From Cyanophora paradoxa CCMP329 (lineage: Eukaryota; Plantae; Glaucophyta), in the NCBI GenBank assembly GCA_004431415.1, contig QPMI01000494.1, positions 496,001 to 560,000 on the forward strand: a stretch of DNA of 64,000 nucleotides. The letters are read 5' to 3'. Under the pieces are notes generated by a model. The model had not been told where the DNA came from. It did no database searches and saw only the letters and a program-made list of their open reading frames with translations. Every line of letters begins with the position of its first letter. Within the stretch, counting starts at the first letter, position 1. Both the position numbers and the translations under genes were made by a program. Below are positions 61,701 through 64,000 of the stretch, one piece after another.

Positions 61701-64000
61701 CAGGCCCCATATTTCCGCCGAGTGCCCGGTGAGCGTCCGTAAGCAATAATCCTGTTCGCTCTCCTCGGACCCGAGGGGCGGCTTCCGGCTGGCGGAGGAG
61801 CTTGCGGCCAATGCATCAGCCACGTCCCAGATTCTTGCTGTGAAGTCGTCGCCTCCAGAGGCCACCAGAGTGTGGGAGGGGCCGAGAAAGGTGCACGACC
61901 GGATGTTGCCAACGTGGCCCCGGAGCACAGCGACGCAGCGACGCGACGCGAGCTCCCACAATCGTACGGTCTCGTCGAGCGAAGACGAGATGACCAGCTT
62001 TCCGTCAGCGCTAACGCGCACGCAGTGGATAATCCCTACGGCGCGATCTAACGACGTGAATATCTCGGGGAATTCAACCGTTCAGCTAGACTTTGCACGC
62101 GTGCATGCACCTTGATGTCCACGTAGAACGCTCTTGCAGGCCCACCGGCCGGTGTCCCAGATTCGTATAGTTCGATCGGCCGAACTGGAAATGATCGCGC
62201 TCCTGTTTGAAATTGAGGATGAATACGAACGGACAGTTTTGGATTCTCTTGCAATGCAAGCAAGCAAGCGAACCCGTCGGGCGTAAAGGCGACGCTGCGG
62301 ACGGGTCCAGAGTGTCCGACAAGCGTGGTAACCACGACTGGCCGCGCGCTCGCGCAGTCCCACACGATGACCAACTCATCGTCTCCGGCGGATGCAAGGA
62401 GCCGACCGTCCGCCGAGAAGGCGCATGCCCGGACCCAGTCCTTGTGTCCCTTGAGCGGGTGCGAGCGCATGAAGCTCATTTTACCAAGCTCCTTCGTCCA
62501 GAGTGCCAACGTCCGATCCTCCGAAGCGGTGCAGACGGTGTCGGAGCCGCGCCACGCTAGAGCCCAGATCACGTCTTTGTGCGCATCCTTTGCCTCAAAC
62601 TCCAGCTCCCCAGTCGCCGTGCTCCAAACCCGAAGCGAACAGTCGCCGCCCCCCGTCGCCACGGAGCGCCCGTCGGCTGAGAAGGCACACGCTCGAACAT
62701 TTGCCTCGTGCCCCTTCAACGAGTGGCGCGGAGAGTCGGAAGGTGGGTTCGTATCCCAGAGGAAGACGCGCTTGTCCCAGCCGGCGGTGCAGAGCATGGA
62801 TCCATCGGGGGATGCGGAGATCGACCAGACATGTGACTTGTGGCTGCTGCCGGTATCAGGGTGGACGCCGCGGTGCGATTTTCCGGCAGACATCGCTTCT
62901 TTCGCCTTTTCCGCATCCTCCTTCTCCTTTTCTTTGCTCATGTCTTCGATGGTCCTCTGCTCGCCGAAAATCGCAATCTGCTTCCCCAAAGGTGCGTCGT
63001 GATCATGCTGTTTGGAGAGCAGAACGTCCTCTAGCGTTCGGCGTTGCAGAGGCGGGCGGGCAGTGCCGGCCAGCAGCTGATTCCGGCGCTCCTCAATCAC
63101 CGACATGTCCCATTTTCGAATAGAGTGGTCATCAGAACTGCTCGTGATTAACACGCACGTTGCCGCGGCAATTCACAGCCCTGACCAATCCAGCGCACCA
63201 AGAGAGCAGCAGTTTCGAGCCGGTCGAGTATGCAAAGCGTGCCTGGCGGACCTCGGCAACATGGCCGCGGAGCGAGGCAATAAGGAAGCCCTTTTCGTAA
63301 TCGTACACCCTGACCTCGCCGTCCTGCATGCAGTTGATACGAGAATTCAACAAAAATCACAAAGCTGGCGCACTGCAGATGCCGTGGCAAGGAGGAGCTT
63401 GTCGGGCGATTGCTCGACGAAGTTGACTGTCTTGGTGGAGTCCGATAGAGTGGCAAGCGTGCTCCCGGACGCGACGCTCCAAATCTAGCACGGCAAACGC
63501 ATTTAAGCTGTGCATCGGGTCCCGGTAACGCAATTTTTGTACTGGCTCCGCTACCTTCACGCTCTTGTCGACGGAAGCACTGATAATGTTCTTTCCGTCC
63601 GCGGAATACACAGCACTGTATGCACTCGCCTGAGATGTTTCGGAATCGGGAGTCGAAAAATACAAAGAACAGACCAACGAAGTGCGCCACCGTGGCCTCG
63701 GAAGCTTTTCACTTCCTTTTCAAGATACGCGTCCCATATTTTCACCTGAAGCACGAATGAAGCGCGATCGCAAACTGAATTTAGAGTCGAGTTCGAGGGC
63801 ACCTGCTCGTCGTCGCCGCCAGAAACGATGTGATCCCCGTCGGGCGAGACAGCGACCGATCGCACCTGCCCGAGTTCGATTCGTATGCTTTAATTTGCTC
63901 GGCGGTGCCTGATCTTGGGGCGCGCAGGCGCAGGCGCACCCAGTCAAAATGCCCTTTAAGCGATGTAATCACGCTCCAGCTCGTCGTGTCCCAGATGGCG
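58780..64000 (-). CDS. Host large WD40-repeat protein, multi-exon, 5' end outside window (3' end approximate)
   Basis: Many GH...WD repeats (e.g. [66 protein letters not shown]) split by short introns. Confidence 0.9.

Noticed and set aside
8520-64000. Naming the host species
   Set aside because: High GC and short C-rich introns fit several algal and protist lineages; no diagnostic marker lies in the window.

Overview
Eukaryotic (probably protist) genomic DNA. A GC-rich, intron-dense host background carries three AT-richer virus-derived segments in the first 34.5 kb. (0) 1-~8330: right part of an endogenous viral element with four intronless fibre/structural genes (phage tail-fibre motifs, a C1q-like domain, one membrane-anchored fibre); it is followed by a hAT-type transposon end at 8512. 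(1) 11178-21620: complete ~10.4-kb Polinton-like virus with imperfect TIRs and TSD TCAGC, encoding penton, major capsid protein, A32 ATPase, rve integrase with an AP2-like tail and a canonical protein-primed PolB; it splits a host exon. (2) 23656-34507: a related ~10.9-kb element with 337-bp TIRs, AG...CT ends and a 6-bp TSD TCCAGC. It has the same capsid module and integrase but a different replicase, a 1426-aa vOTU/derived-PolB/SF1-helicase/HNH fusion. Both integrases appear to be DDD rather than DDE, and both elements inserted next to CAGC. The rest is host DNA: a histidine-phosphatase gene, a hAT MITE, tandem and dispersed repeats, an Lsi2/ArsB-like transporter and a large WD40 gene. All assignments come from motif recognition by eye, with no database searches; host exon boundaries are approximate.
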